A DNA stretch of 63,708 nt, the filler included, from Craspedostauros australis (lineage: Eukaryota), in assembly GCA_030167865.1 (NCBI GenBank). It is 12 parts of 12 records of this genome, joined end to end, with 100 filler letters (N's around TTAATTAATTAA, not from the genome) between each part and the next. Parts side by side here need not be neighbours in the genome. Positions count along the whole stretch, not along the records: positions 45,681 to 48,735 come from JALAGF010002159.1; positions 48,836 to 50,888 come from JALAGF010002160.1; positions 50,989 to 57,428 come from JALAGF010002161.1; positions 57,529 to 60,769 come from JALAGF010002163.1; 8 more parts are not named here. One strand, written 5' to 3'. Shown here one piece after another: positions 46,647 through 57,729 of the stretch. How positions within the stretch are numbered: the stretch's first letter is position 1; the number at the start of each line of letters is the position of its first letter. The notes beneath the pieces were generated by a model that saw nothing but the letters and a program-made list of their open reading frames with translations, did not search any database and was not told where the DNA came from. The position numbers and the translations under genes were made by a program.

Positions 46647-49336
46647 GCGCAATTTCTTTGTCGTATCTCTGTCTCTTTTGTTTGTTGTCATCCATGTTTT
46701 GGAATCCTCACCTGCAAGCACATAGGTCATGTATTGGGACAACTGGTAATGACGGCCATGAACCGCCGGTGCGCGGAGAATCCAGAAGTGTGGGTACTTC
46801 CATGGGCCAGTGCATGCAAGCAGTGCAGTAGGGGGCGCTGGTGGTAGATATCTACAGGCAAGCACGGTGGAGCTCAAACCGCAAATGGAAACCAAACGTG
46901 GTGGATGGACTGTTCGGCGACGATGAAGTGAATGACACATCATGGGCTGTGACATTGGCGCCGCACGATAGACCGATGCCTCCGGAGTACAACGAACTTC
47001 CCCCTGGGAGAGTTGCGGATATAAGACGATTTGTTGATTGACAACTTGTGGCGCCAGCGGTTCACCTGTCAATCTTAGCTGTAAATACATTTTGCACTTC
47101 TTGGCCCAAGCAACCCGACGTCGGCACGCAACCAACAGCGGCAATCATCCAAAGACCTACTCACAACGAGATCTCTTTTGCTCTTTTTCCATCTTTTGTT
47201 GGTCGCTGCCTCTCTCGAAGCACATATTGATATCCGTTGCGGCGCTATCATGTACTCATCGCACGAGACTTTACGCAGCACTATCTCAAGTGATCAGTGG
47301 TACGGCTTGCATCTCCCTTGTCCCTCCGCTGAGGTGGATTGCGTGTTTCTGTGCTTATATCGATGGTTCCTTGTGTACGCATTCTTTCTCTGGAGNAAAC
47401 ATTTGGCAACAGCTGGATCNTGAACTGGTACGGCTGGTGACGATGGGCACCCAACTGCCAGTGTACGAAGAATCCAGGGGTGTAGAGACTTTTGCGGGTC
47501 GGCGCATGCAAACAGTTGCATAAGAATTGACTTCTACTTTTTTCTCTATACTCTGATCGCATCAGTGCTCGTATGCAAACGATCCATCACACATCGCACT
47601 CCCTGCATGCGAGGAAGCAGAGAGAACAAAGAATGGACTGGGGATTGATTTGAAGAAGTGGCCTCCTTTGAAGCANGTACTCCATTGGTTCTGTTAGTTG
47701 TGAAGGGCACACAGACCCTACAACAAAGAGTGCCCAGATCGCGCCATGAAGCAACTCTCAGATGCCTGAGACGAGATGCCAACGATTGCAATCGTCAGGT
47801 GCAGGAGTGCTTTTGTTGCTGCCATTTCGGAATGTGTTCAGGATGCTGGTATGCAACCCCAGCATATGGAAGAAACGACGGAGCTTCAGCTTAACAGGAA
47901 TGATAAAGAAAGTCATCCACCGCCTGATGCTTCGCAGGATCTGTGTGCTTGATGGTTCGAGAGGATAGCGTTTCCGCCATACTTCCTCGTTGTATCACGC
48001 ACAGCACAGGGACATCGTCAGGATGATATTCCTTATCGTAATCGCAACAGTCACGATCGTCGCCGTCGCCGCTGTTGTCCCAATCCAGAAGCACATTGTT
48101 GTCTGTATTCATGTCATCACTACAATCAGGGATGATGTAGTCAACGCCATCCCGTACCGACGGAAACAGCCGAGCAACTTTCACCGATCGGAGACAAGTG
48201 GAACGACGGGAAGAACCATGGACGGAACGACAGAGCGAACGAGAGAGAGAGGCGATATGTTGAGATACTACTAGGAGGGTGAGGGTGAAAGGAGGCTGTG
48301 TACAACGGTAAGTGCGTCGTGGTTGGTTGAAGATTGGGAGGATGGCTAGAGGCAAGGAAGAAGCAAACGCCGAAGGGCTCCACTGCGCCAGCAACAGTGC
48401 ATGTTTCCAACGCACAACGTCTGTGTACAAAATGTGATGTGTGATTTTTGAGAGAGGAAGGTGGAAAAACCGAAGTCTGGACACCCACCCGTCAAAATCC
48501 CCGTGAATGCGAAACACGAACCAAGCACACAACGCGGAAAACTGCGAGAGGGGAAGGCTAGGGGCATCAAAATAAGTTATATCATATCTCTTGAACCACA
48601 TCTTCTATGAAGCTCAAAGTCTCCAGGTATAGGTTTTAGAAGATTATGAAGACGTCTATGTGGTTTATATTGTGTTTAGAGACACCAAACCTCGAGCTCC
48701 TCACGAGGTCTCTCGATGGGGCATATGAGGTTTATNNNNNNNNNNNNNNNNNNNNNNNNNNNNNNNNNNNNNNNNNNNNTTAATTAATTAANNNNNNNNN
48801 NNNNNNNNNNNNNNNNNNNNNNNNNNNNNNNNNNNCTCTGCACTTCATGATGTCGAAGAGGCGTCCCCACGAACAAGCGGACCCACCTTGCTCTACGCCT
48901 ACGGTGCCTTTGAGGTCGTTTCGGTCTGCATTACACCCCGCAACAGGTCTGGCATGGTTGGAATGTGGCGGCGTCTGCGCGGAAGCCAACGTGCGTGGTG
49001 ATGAAGAATTTGGTCCCAGCTGGCATCAGGTGAGTGCCAATTATTGTCGATGTTGTTGCTGCTGTGTATGGTTGTGTTGTTCACTCGCGCAGCTGTGCAT
49101 GACATGTGCGCGGCGCAGAGCAGACAAAAATCAGGAATGGAAAGCATGCACACAATAGGCGCATTGGAGGAGTACGACTTTCGGAGCTTGTGGGAACACC
49201 TGTCATTCACTCCTTCATTCTTTTCCATTTGTAATAATAACTCATGGATTACATTATAAATGTGCTCTGTAGGCTTTACCCTCGCCTCCACTGGCCCCGT
49301 AGGACCGAGCTTCGAGCGAGCTGTCGAATACTGGCC

Positions 49337-50806
49337 TCAAGTCAGCCCCAGCCAATTGCTCATGAACTGCCGCTCATTTTGCATGGTGCGCGCCCGTCGT
49401 CTGGCCGACACCTGGGCTTGGACTGCCTGGACGTCCTGTATCCACTGCCGCATCTGCGACTCCGTTCCATATTCCATCTGGTGCCCCTCCCGAAGGAGAG
49501 TCACCTCGGCGTCCGTCATGTCTTGACTCGTACCGTTGGCAGCCCGGCGTACCTGCCGCCGAAGCTCCTGCAAGGAGGGATGTTGTTCCCCGTCATGTAC
49601 TTTGTCGTTTCGCGCCTTCCACACTCGCCACGGTATCTTCCAGACCCACCTGACCACTTCACGTGCCCACGACGCTTCATCAGGGAACTGACATTCATGA
49701 CGCTCCATCCACTGAGACTGTTGTTGCCGCCAGTCCTTGTGTAAGAAACCCAGGAGCAGCGGGTACCACCCCACTCCTCCTTGAATGCCGGCGACCTCTT
49801 GCCGCCGTCGCCATCGAACCAGACCCACTCTCATGTTAGCCACCAGTCGCGGTGCCGTGCCGATCTCGATCATGCGTTGGAGCAGCTCGCCCGACGCGTC
49901 GTTCCAGGCTTCCGCATGCTCGCGGCACCGTAAAACGTGTTGTGTGGTCTCCTCCACTCCGCAGAACTTACAGCTCGAGGTTTCTTGCTGTCCCATCTGC
50001 TTCATCTTTCGTCCCACTCCCACGAACCCAGAGGACCACTTCGTCATGAACTTCGCAACCTCCCGATTCGGTTTGGCTTTCCGAGCACCTTGGTACACTT
50101 CCCAGTCGGCTTGTCGCGCAGAGTGCATACTCCACCCAAACTTCGTCGTCCAGTATTCTGCTGCCGACGACCCCTGCAAACACTTGTACAGCTCTGACTG
50201 CCCAACGTGCGAGAAATGTCGTCCGTACAGCTCGAGGGTCCAACGATCCGTCGCCGATTTCCAAGCTCTCACGCGCCGACGCAACCGTGTCGCGCTCCAA
50301 AACTCCTTCGCGCGTTTGTCACATTCGACGTTCAGCCGCTCCAGGATCGTAAGCTCCTTACCAGTGTCGTCCTGGTGCCCCTTGACCCACTCCCATCGCA
50401 CCTGAGCACGTATGCTCCGTCGCAAGCGCAGAATCTCCGTCAGTATATCCCAGTCTCGTTGGCCGGTGCGCACGGAGTCCGACTGCGCTTGGTCGAGGGC
50501 CTGCGATCCGTCGAGGGCCACCGTCACCAAACACGACTCGTCCAGGTTGGGGACCATCTCAAGCATCTCCAAGGAGGCCCATATCCCTGCCAACTCACTG
50601 CGGTAGGAGCTGTGAACCTCAGCTGGGCCTGGCACAAACGTGTTGCACCGCACGTGTCGCTGCGTGCTCGTGTCAAACATGATGGAACAAGAGGTGCCTC
50701 GTGCATCCTTGAATGACCCGTCGCTGACCAGCAGGAGGGTATGGTTTTTTGCTGCCTCCCACATCTGGTCCCAATTGGCATCCCCACCCAAGTCTTCGAC
50801 TGGGTC
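49337..50806 (-). mobile_element. Second Ambal-like non-LTR retrotransposon ORF2 3' part (intact RNase H + CCHC), 5' side cut by LTR-A
   Basis: LLVSDGSFK, SSYRSELAGI, VALDGSQAL, WEWVKGHQDD, LNVECDKRAK (D-E-D-H-D), CKFCGVEETTQHVLRC, WKIPWRVWKARNDKVH. Confidence 0.85.
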
Positions 50807-50888
50807 TGTTGGCAAGTTCCGCGCACGGTAACCTACGATCGTGGAAGATGGTGTTGGTTGATAGTCGTCTGTTTGCTATTTCATTACT
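50807..50888. mobile_element. LTR family A terminus (truncated by gap), abutting the LINE ORF
   Basis: TGTTGGCAAGTTCCGCGCACGGTAACCTACGATCGTGGAAGATGG. Confidence 0.85.
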
Positions 50889-53057
50889 NNNNNNNNNNNN
50901 NNNNNNNNNNNNNNNNNNNNNNNNNNNNNNNNTTAATTAATTAANNNNNNNNNNNNNNNNNNNNNNNNNNNNNNNNNNNNNNNNNNNNTCAACATCAACA
51001 TGAGCACGATCAACACACATCTCACGCATCCGAAGCCTCGGAATCGAGATGGTACGGATCGAAGGACATCGTCCAGCAATGGTTCAGTCCTGTTCTGCAC
51101 AAGGTGCTACCAGCCATGATGGTTCAGTAGCTTGCTTTCCTGCGCTTAGACTTGAAGTCGCAGATGCAGTTGCAGCCAATCGCCGAGCGGGTACGCAACC
51201 ATGAATACCACAGCATCACACTGCCCGTCTACATACAGACGCACACAATTTTCACCATACACAACCATATCATACAATAGAATACCCTACAATAGATCAC
51301 CAAACAATAGAATACCATGAGCGTGCGAATGATAATGGTCGATGCGTCCACCGCGCTCATGGGGACAGCAGAGATCCTGGCTTGACACCATTCCGGTTTG
51401 GCCAATTCTACGAACACGAAGGAGCACTCAACTCAACTCAACTCCATCGTTGCACCCTTTGGTTCGAAGCTGGATGTTGCCTCGCTTGCTGCCTCGCTTG
51501 CTGCATAGGTAGCGCATAATACTTCAGCTTGATGGATGCCTTCGAACCTGCTTCATCCAGTGGTTCAATGATGTTGCTCGGATGAGATGTGCACAAGAGA
51601 GAGGAGTTGGAGACGCGGTTTGATGGTTGTGACGGATCTTTGTGGATACCTTTATCGACTCATCTGAATGGATCGTGCACTTCGATCGTGGAAGCGAGGG
51701 ACTCATTTGGACACGATCAAACAAGAACAAAAATGGCGCGCAACATCACCAAATTTTGTGGCTTCTCTTCTTGTTCGCCAGAATGGCAGACACGAGACAA
51801 GGCAAAGGCTGGAGCGGTGGGGGCGGCATGAGGAGGAATGGACATGGTCGTGTGGTGTGGTGTGGTGTGGTGTGGGACGAGGATGGCAGATGAAGGTGGA
51901 CTGAAGTGCCACTGCTATTGATGAGCGCCGATGAAGCGCGGCGTTCCCAATGATGACCACATGACAATCGCGTTGACAGACATCCATCGAACAGTGAAGA
52001 GAAGAGAAGAGATGAGGTATGAACGTAACCGAGCATGACGGGACGTGATGGGACGACAAGCAACGGCCATGATCAGGAGAAGGTGATGCGAAACAGAGAG
52101 ATGGAGAAACGCAGAACACACCATTGCTACTCCAAGCATGCCAGCAACGCATTCAACAATCTCATGACGACTCCATCACCACGAATGAAGTCACGATGAT
52201 CACGATGATCATGATGTCAACGTCCGCGGATGCAGCTCATGCCACCATGGTCAGCTGCATTATCAATGCCAGCTCCTGCGCCACGCAGATCGATGGTTGG
52301 GTACCATCGCAGGATACGATCAGTAGCCGGCATCGCAGTATCCAAGAAGACCACGCATGCGCAACACGTACCACATACGCTGGTTGTCGGCGAAGCTTCG
52401 GCAACAGCGATTGCTCGACATGCTCAAGAGCAGAACACTTCACATGTGCACGGCACAGCACGACATAACGAGGCGCTGCAAGCATGTCCGCATGTTGAAC
52501 GTCCATGGGTTTGGAACTCAGAGGCAGAGACATCGAAAAGCAGAGATATTGTCTCCACCGACTCCACAATCAGTTCTGCAATCAAGGCAACGACTCGATA
52601 CCGAGCGACGATGATTGAAACTCGTGCGCCATCTATCAGGTACGCACGATGGGTTGTGTTCAAGACACTGCACAAGGTGAAGGACGCATCAGCATGTTGC
52701 GAAGGGTCATTCATGTCATCACCGTCGAGGCTCCAATTGCATCGCGGCATAGGTCCAACCCACTGTCTGAAACATAAAGGACAAGAATGCCTGATGCTGC
52801 TCCGTCTCCGGAGACCATGCGCTGCGCTACATATCTTTTCCATACACCCTTTGCATTTTCCCGATTGGTGGTAACGACAACCACCTTGCGTCAACTGCGT
52901 GAGAGTAGGATCGGCATAGAGCGGTGGACTTGACTACGTACGAAGACAATGACGAGCAGTAACAGAAAAAGGAATCATTGCGAGACTACAGTACTCGAGT
53001 GTTCCAACACCGGCGTGGCTCGATCTGCCTTGCCCTGCAGTTGTTGACACCGATACC

Positions 53058-55424
53058 TCACATGAACTTGATGCGCTTTCTCCGCCTTCGTCCTCCCAAC
53101 AATGCAACGATGTCACTGTGCCCTTTCGTCTTCGCGATGCCCATCGCAGTTTCGCCGGCGTTGTTCTTGATATCCAAATCAATTATCACGCCCGCACTGT
53201 TGAGTAATGCTTCAATCACTCGCTTTCCAGCATTCCAACTTGCCACGTGCAACGGTGTATCACCATGACGATTCTGAATGCTCACATCCACTCCTCCATC
53301 TGATTTAATCAGAGACACTGCCATTTTGAGAAACCCGTTGCTGGCTGCGTGGTGCATTGGTGTGTCGCCGTTCTTGTTCTTCATATCGGCCAATGGTTGT
53401 GCTGATGTGATTAAGCGATCTATCGCATCTCCCCTTTCGACGGTGCGGCCTTGATCCAAGTTACGATTCGGAATTATCTCCTTTTGGATTTGATCGTAGA
53501 GTTTCGTGAGCTTCATCTCTTGGTCGACGGCAAGCACTCTGTGATCCTTCTTGGAGTAGTGGACTGGGGTGTCGCCATGGTTGTTTTGAATTGTAATATC
53601 AAAACAATCTTCGTGAAATCCATCCAAGTACTTATCCTGGAGGAAATGCAATGACTCATTTTGATATGCAAGATGGAGGGCGGTGTTGCCATCATTATTC
53701 TGTGCATTGACATCCACCTTCAGGTTGTTCAACTCGAGCAGCGCGTCGAGCATGTAAGGTCTGGCGTTCATATACGCGAGATGGAGCGGAGTATTGCCGT
53801 TGTCGTTTCGGATGGTACCATCGATATCACGAGACGCAATATCAGCCAACCAATCCGCATGATTGGGAAAGCCGGATCGCACCAGCAGATGAAGCGGCGT
53901 GTCCCTATCGTTGTTCTGGAGTTCCATGTCGAAATACGTATCTTCGTTCTCGTTGATGCACCAAAGGAAAGAAATGCTGTCTTCCATTAACGCCAGATGA
54001 AGAGGTGTATTGCCATCGTCATTTTGCAATGTCATGCCGATGTTGTCTTCGTCCAACCCAAGAAGGTACTCCACCAAGTCTTCACCATATCTGGCGCATG
54101 CACTATGGAGCGGTGTGTTACCGGTGCTGTCTCTTGTATAGACGCTGCCATCAACTTCACTCGATTCAATCAAGTAGCTCACGACGCCCACACTGCCATA
54201 TTTGCAGGCGGAATAGAATGGTGTATTGCCGTTCGTGTCATGGATATCAAAATCAATTTTGATTTGGTCCGATTCCATGAGGTACTGGATGAAATCTTCT
54301 CCATCACCTCTATTCCTACACGCACAATGGAATGGCGTCTCACCGGCGTTGTTTTGAATGCTGAATGCGTCGTTGAGTTGCTCCAATGCGAGTGCCACCA
54401 AGCCTCTCATCAAGCCAGTAAATCCTCTTTCGCACACGTAGTGGATCGGAGTATTGCCTTGCTTGTCTTGTGCGCTGAAATCAATGGAAGCGAGGTCCAA
54501 TTGGGCGAAACAAAAAGCCACACCCCGATCATAATTCATGCACACACAGTGGAATGGCGTTTGACCGGACTCGTTCGTTCTTTCCAGGTCGGTCTTCGCT
54601 TTGGTCGATGTCATCATGAGCTCAATCACCTCTCTCGGTGCACTCTTGGAAGCCAGGTGGAACGGTGCCTCGCCATTGTTGTCCGCGACGGTGAGATCGA
54701 CGTAGGCTTGATCCTTTCGAAGCAGAAGTTCCATCAACTGGCCATCCATCAATTGAGACATGTGATGGGCTGGTGTCCGGCCGTCCTTGTCTTGAATGTT
54801 GACATCAAGACTAGATTGGCAGGTATTGATGAGACACTCCGCCATCGATTTGTTGAAGTATCCGCATGAATAGTGGAGTGCCGTCCGGCCATTCCTATCC
54901 GTTGTGTCGCAAACTGTCTTCGTCCGGTCAGCCTGCACCAGGCACTTCAGCGCACAAAGATCCCTGTTTGCGCACGCGATGTGAATTGGCATGTCACCGT
55001 TATGGTCACGAAGGAACTGATCGATGCGAAGTTCCTTCGTTGTACAGAGGTACTCGACCACGTCGAGAGATTTGTACAGGCATGCAAAGTGCAATGGCGT
55101 GTACATGTCTCTGGTTTGCGCATTTGGGTTAATATCGACCTGCGTGGATTCAACCAAGTACTCCACAACGTCTAAGTTTTTGCTGCAGCATGCGTGATGG
55201 AACAGCGTGAAGCCGTTGAAGTCGGTGAGACTGCCGTTGATACGCAAGGGACTTGCTTCAATCAGAATCTCGACCTTCCAAACATCTCCATCACGACAAG
55301 CCCGCATGAGCTCTGTTCGTCCATATCCGTCCCGTGGGAGATCATCGTCGGGTCCATTCGATCGGTCTGTCTCATGACCAACCTTTTTGTTGGCGCCGTG
55401 CGAAGCTCGGCCCAGATCAGACAT
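53058..55424 (-). CDS. Intronless 788-aa ankyrin-repeat protein (~20 repeats) with basic C-terminus
   Basis: Repeated G(N/D/E/R)TP(L/F)H.AC motifs; ends GRRRRKRIKFM. Confidence 0.9.
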   Translation of the reverse strand: MSDLGRASHGANKKVGHETDRSNGPDDDLPRDGYGRTELMRACRDGDVWKVEILIEASPLRINGSLTDFNGFTLFHHACCSKNLDVVEYLVESTQVDINPNAQTRDMYTPLHFACLYKSLDVVEYLCTTKELRIDQFLRDHNGDMPIHIACANRDLCALKCLVQADRTKTVCDTTDRNGRTALHYSCGYFNKSMAECLINTCQSSLDVNIQDKDGRTPAHHMSQLMDGQLMELLLRKDQAYVDLTVADNNGEAPFHLASKSAPREVIELMMTSTKAKTDLERTNESGQTPFHCVCMNYDRGVAFCFAQLDLASIDFSAQDKQGNTPIHYVCERGFTGLMRGLVALALEQLNDAFSIQNNAGETPFHCACRNRGDGEDFIQYLMESDQIKIDFDIHDTNGNTPFYSACKYGSVGVVSYLIESSEVDGSVYTRDSTGNTPLHSACARYGEDLVEYLLGLDEDNIGMTLQNDDGNTPLHLALMEDSISFLWCINENEDTYFDMELQNNDRDTPLHLLVRSGFPNHADWLADIASRDIDGTIRNDNGNTPLHLAYMNARPYMLDALLELNNLKVDVNAQNNDGNTALHLAYQNESLHFLQDKYLDGFHEDCFDITIQNNHGDTPVHYSKKDHRVLAVDQEMKLTKLYDQIQKEIIPNRNLDQGRTVERGDAIDRLITSAQPLADMKNKNGDTPMHHAASNGFLKMAVSLIKSDGGVDVSIQNRHGDTPLHVASWNAGKRVIEALLNSAGVIIDLDIKNNAGETAMGIAKTKGHSDIVALLGGRRRRKRIKFM

Positions 55425-55809
55425 CTCTGCACAACCTCATCCAACACAGTGCGTTCGTGTCGATGAATGGAAATAAACGAGACAAAGGCGATGAGGCAGT
55501 GGTGTTAGCCTTGGTGATGATGAATCATTCATCGCCCTGTTCATCGGAACCATGGAAGCATTCCCTCCGACCAAACAACCAATCAATTGGGCAAGAGTGG
55601 ATGAGGACCGTCACTCACTTGTGTATCGTCCGGAGGATAGTGGCGGTGTGCTCACGGCGATCAGAAACGTCCACGATACGCGAAGATGACGGGAGAAGCT
55701 GGAAGGGAGGACAAGATTTGCTTGCTTGATCCTGCTGGTGGGATGAAGGGAGACCGCCGAAGAGGAGAGTGCCGTGCCTGATCTTCTTCGCCACCAGTGT
55801 CCTGTTGTC

Positions 55810-55837
55810 ATGTGATGTGATGTGATGTGATGTGATG
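55810..55837. repeat. (TGTGA)n microsatellite
   Basis: Read directly. Confidence 0.9.
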
Positions 55838-57156
55838 TTCGCGGCTGACCTCGCAAATCACTGTGGGAAATCTCTGTCTTCGCTGCTCCTGCAGTTCTTT
55901 CTATTGATGGTGCGGATTATATTGGTTATGTGGGTCGCCATGATGGTGCGAGTATTCGCACGTGGACGCCCACATCATCTTCTCTTGTGGACGGCCATCA
56001 TCGCGGTGGTGGCAACAGTCGGAGGACTAAGACGCGGTTCTGTTGCTTGTTCCTTGTCGTGTCGATTTGGGAATTCTGCGGTCAGCTTCCATGCGTTGTT
56101 GCGCTGTTGCGTTGTTGTTGGGCGAAAGGATTCATTCCCGCCGTTTCTGTGATGTTCTGCAACTTGATCGAATGGGTCAAACTGGCGTCTGCTTCTTGTT
56201 TGTTTGTTGGCAATCGGACACTCTTGAGACACAGTATTCATTGGAATGTTGACATGTCTGTATTTACCGCATATCACAGAATGTTCGATTTCGACAGACT
56301 CGAACACGAACAACAATAACAGAGGTTGATTTGTTAAATCGGAACACTCTTTGAACCGCTTCATATTGACTCAAGTAGAACACGCTAATATCCACAGAAC
56401 AAAAGTGTCGCCACAACAGACCAAGAACAACAGAGAGAAGCAGGAAGAGGGCAAGATGTCATCAACAACAACATCGCCGCACGCACATCGCCATCATGCT
56501 CGGGTCAACTCCGATTCTCCCTCTTGACCATCGTGATCATCATGGCTGCGGTGGTTGCATCATGAATCATCGATGAACGAGAGGACCAATACCTATGGAT
56601 ACTTCGAAGACCGTAAAGATCCCTCCACCAAGGGAAACGGTGACTTGAGAACCTGCGACATCCCTGAAGATGCCGAACAAAGCCGATCCCTCTTGTCGAA
56701 TGCCTGCGCAGTATCAAAAACGATCGTGCCAAGGTGCTCCCATGAACATATAATGCGATCTATCATACATATACAGATACATCATGCACATGTGCATCAT
56801 GCTTCACATGCATCAGGAGCATCTTGTATCTTGGATTGTGAATGGTGCATGGTGCATCGTTCCTTGCTGATCCTTGGTCGACTACCGTAACATACTCGTA
56901 CAACTACGAGTGCGAGAGATTGCAGCACCCACTCTCTACTTGCAAGAGGGTGCCACTCTCTGCATTGACAATGAATCCTCATTCATCTCGTGGCATCTCC
57001 ATCGTGTGAGATTCTCAAGTGTCTTCGTATCTGCCATTCTTCATCTCACAAATCAGCAACAGCAACAACTAAAAAGCAATCAACTAAGAAAAGCAACTCA
57101 GCAACTAGCAAAGCAAAGCAACGAATATCATCATCGATAACACCACCACCAGCAAC

Positions 57157-57428
57157 ATGAACAAAAGCAATACCAACAACAACAGCACCAGCAACATGAT
57201 CGGCCAAGAACGATTCAAGAGCGACAAGCGTCAGCTCGGCGGACTCCTCATGCTCCACGGAATGACCGCGCTCGTCTTTCCCATGGCCAACCTCGCCACC
57301 CTCGTCGGTCCCGATGGCACCACGGCCTCCGAAGGCATCCCCCTCTCCTCCTTGGTCGGCTCCGTCTTCACCATCCTCATGGGAGTCATGGGGGTCACCC
57401 TCGGATATCTCCAAACGGTCCACGACTT
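57157..57428 (+). CDS. N-terminus of a multi-pass membrane protein, truncated by a gap
   Basis: FKSDKRQLGGLLMLHGMTALVFPMANLA and IPLSSLVGSVFTILMGVMGVTLGYL are hydrophobic helices; strong C-ending codon bias; A/C-rich leader. Confidence 0.7.
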
Positions 57429-57528
57429 NNNNNNNNNNNNNNNNNNNNNNNNNNNNNNNNNNNNNNNNNNNNTTAATTAATTAANNNNNNNNNNNNNNNN
57501 NNNNNNNNNNNNNNNNNNNNNNNNNNNN

Positions 57529-57729
57529 AGCGAGCGCATGTCGAAGGAGATCACCGCCCTCGCCCCAGCCTCCATCAAGGTCAAGATCGTGGCCCCACCG
57601 GAGCGAAAGTACTCCGTGTGGATCGGAGGATCCATCCTCGCTTCCCTGTCTACATTCCAGAGCATGTGGATCAGCAAGGAGGAGTACGACGAGTCCGGTC
57701 CATCCATCGTCCACCGCAAGTGCTTCTAA
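57529..57729 (+). CDS. ACT: Actin, 3' fragment (copy 1)
   Basis: [66 protein letters not shown]. Confidence 0.97.
   Translation, partial: SERMSKEITALAPASIKVKIVAPPERKYSVWIGGSILASLSTFQSMWISKEEYDESGPSIVHRKCF

Noticed and set aside
46650..48460. Decayed coding-like sequence after the LINE 3' end
   Set aside because: Short acidic or Trp-containing fragments only; cannot be assigned without a search.
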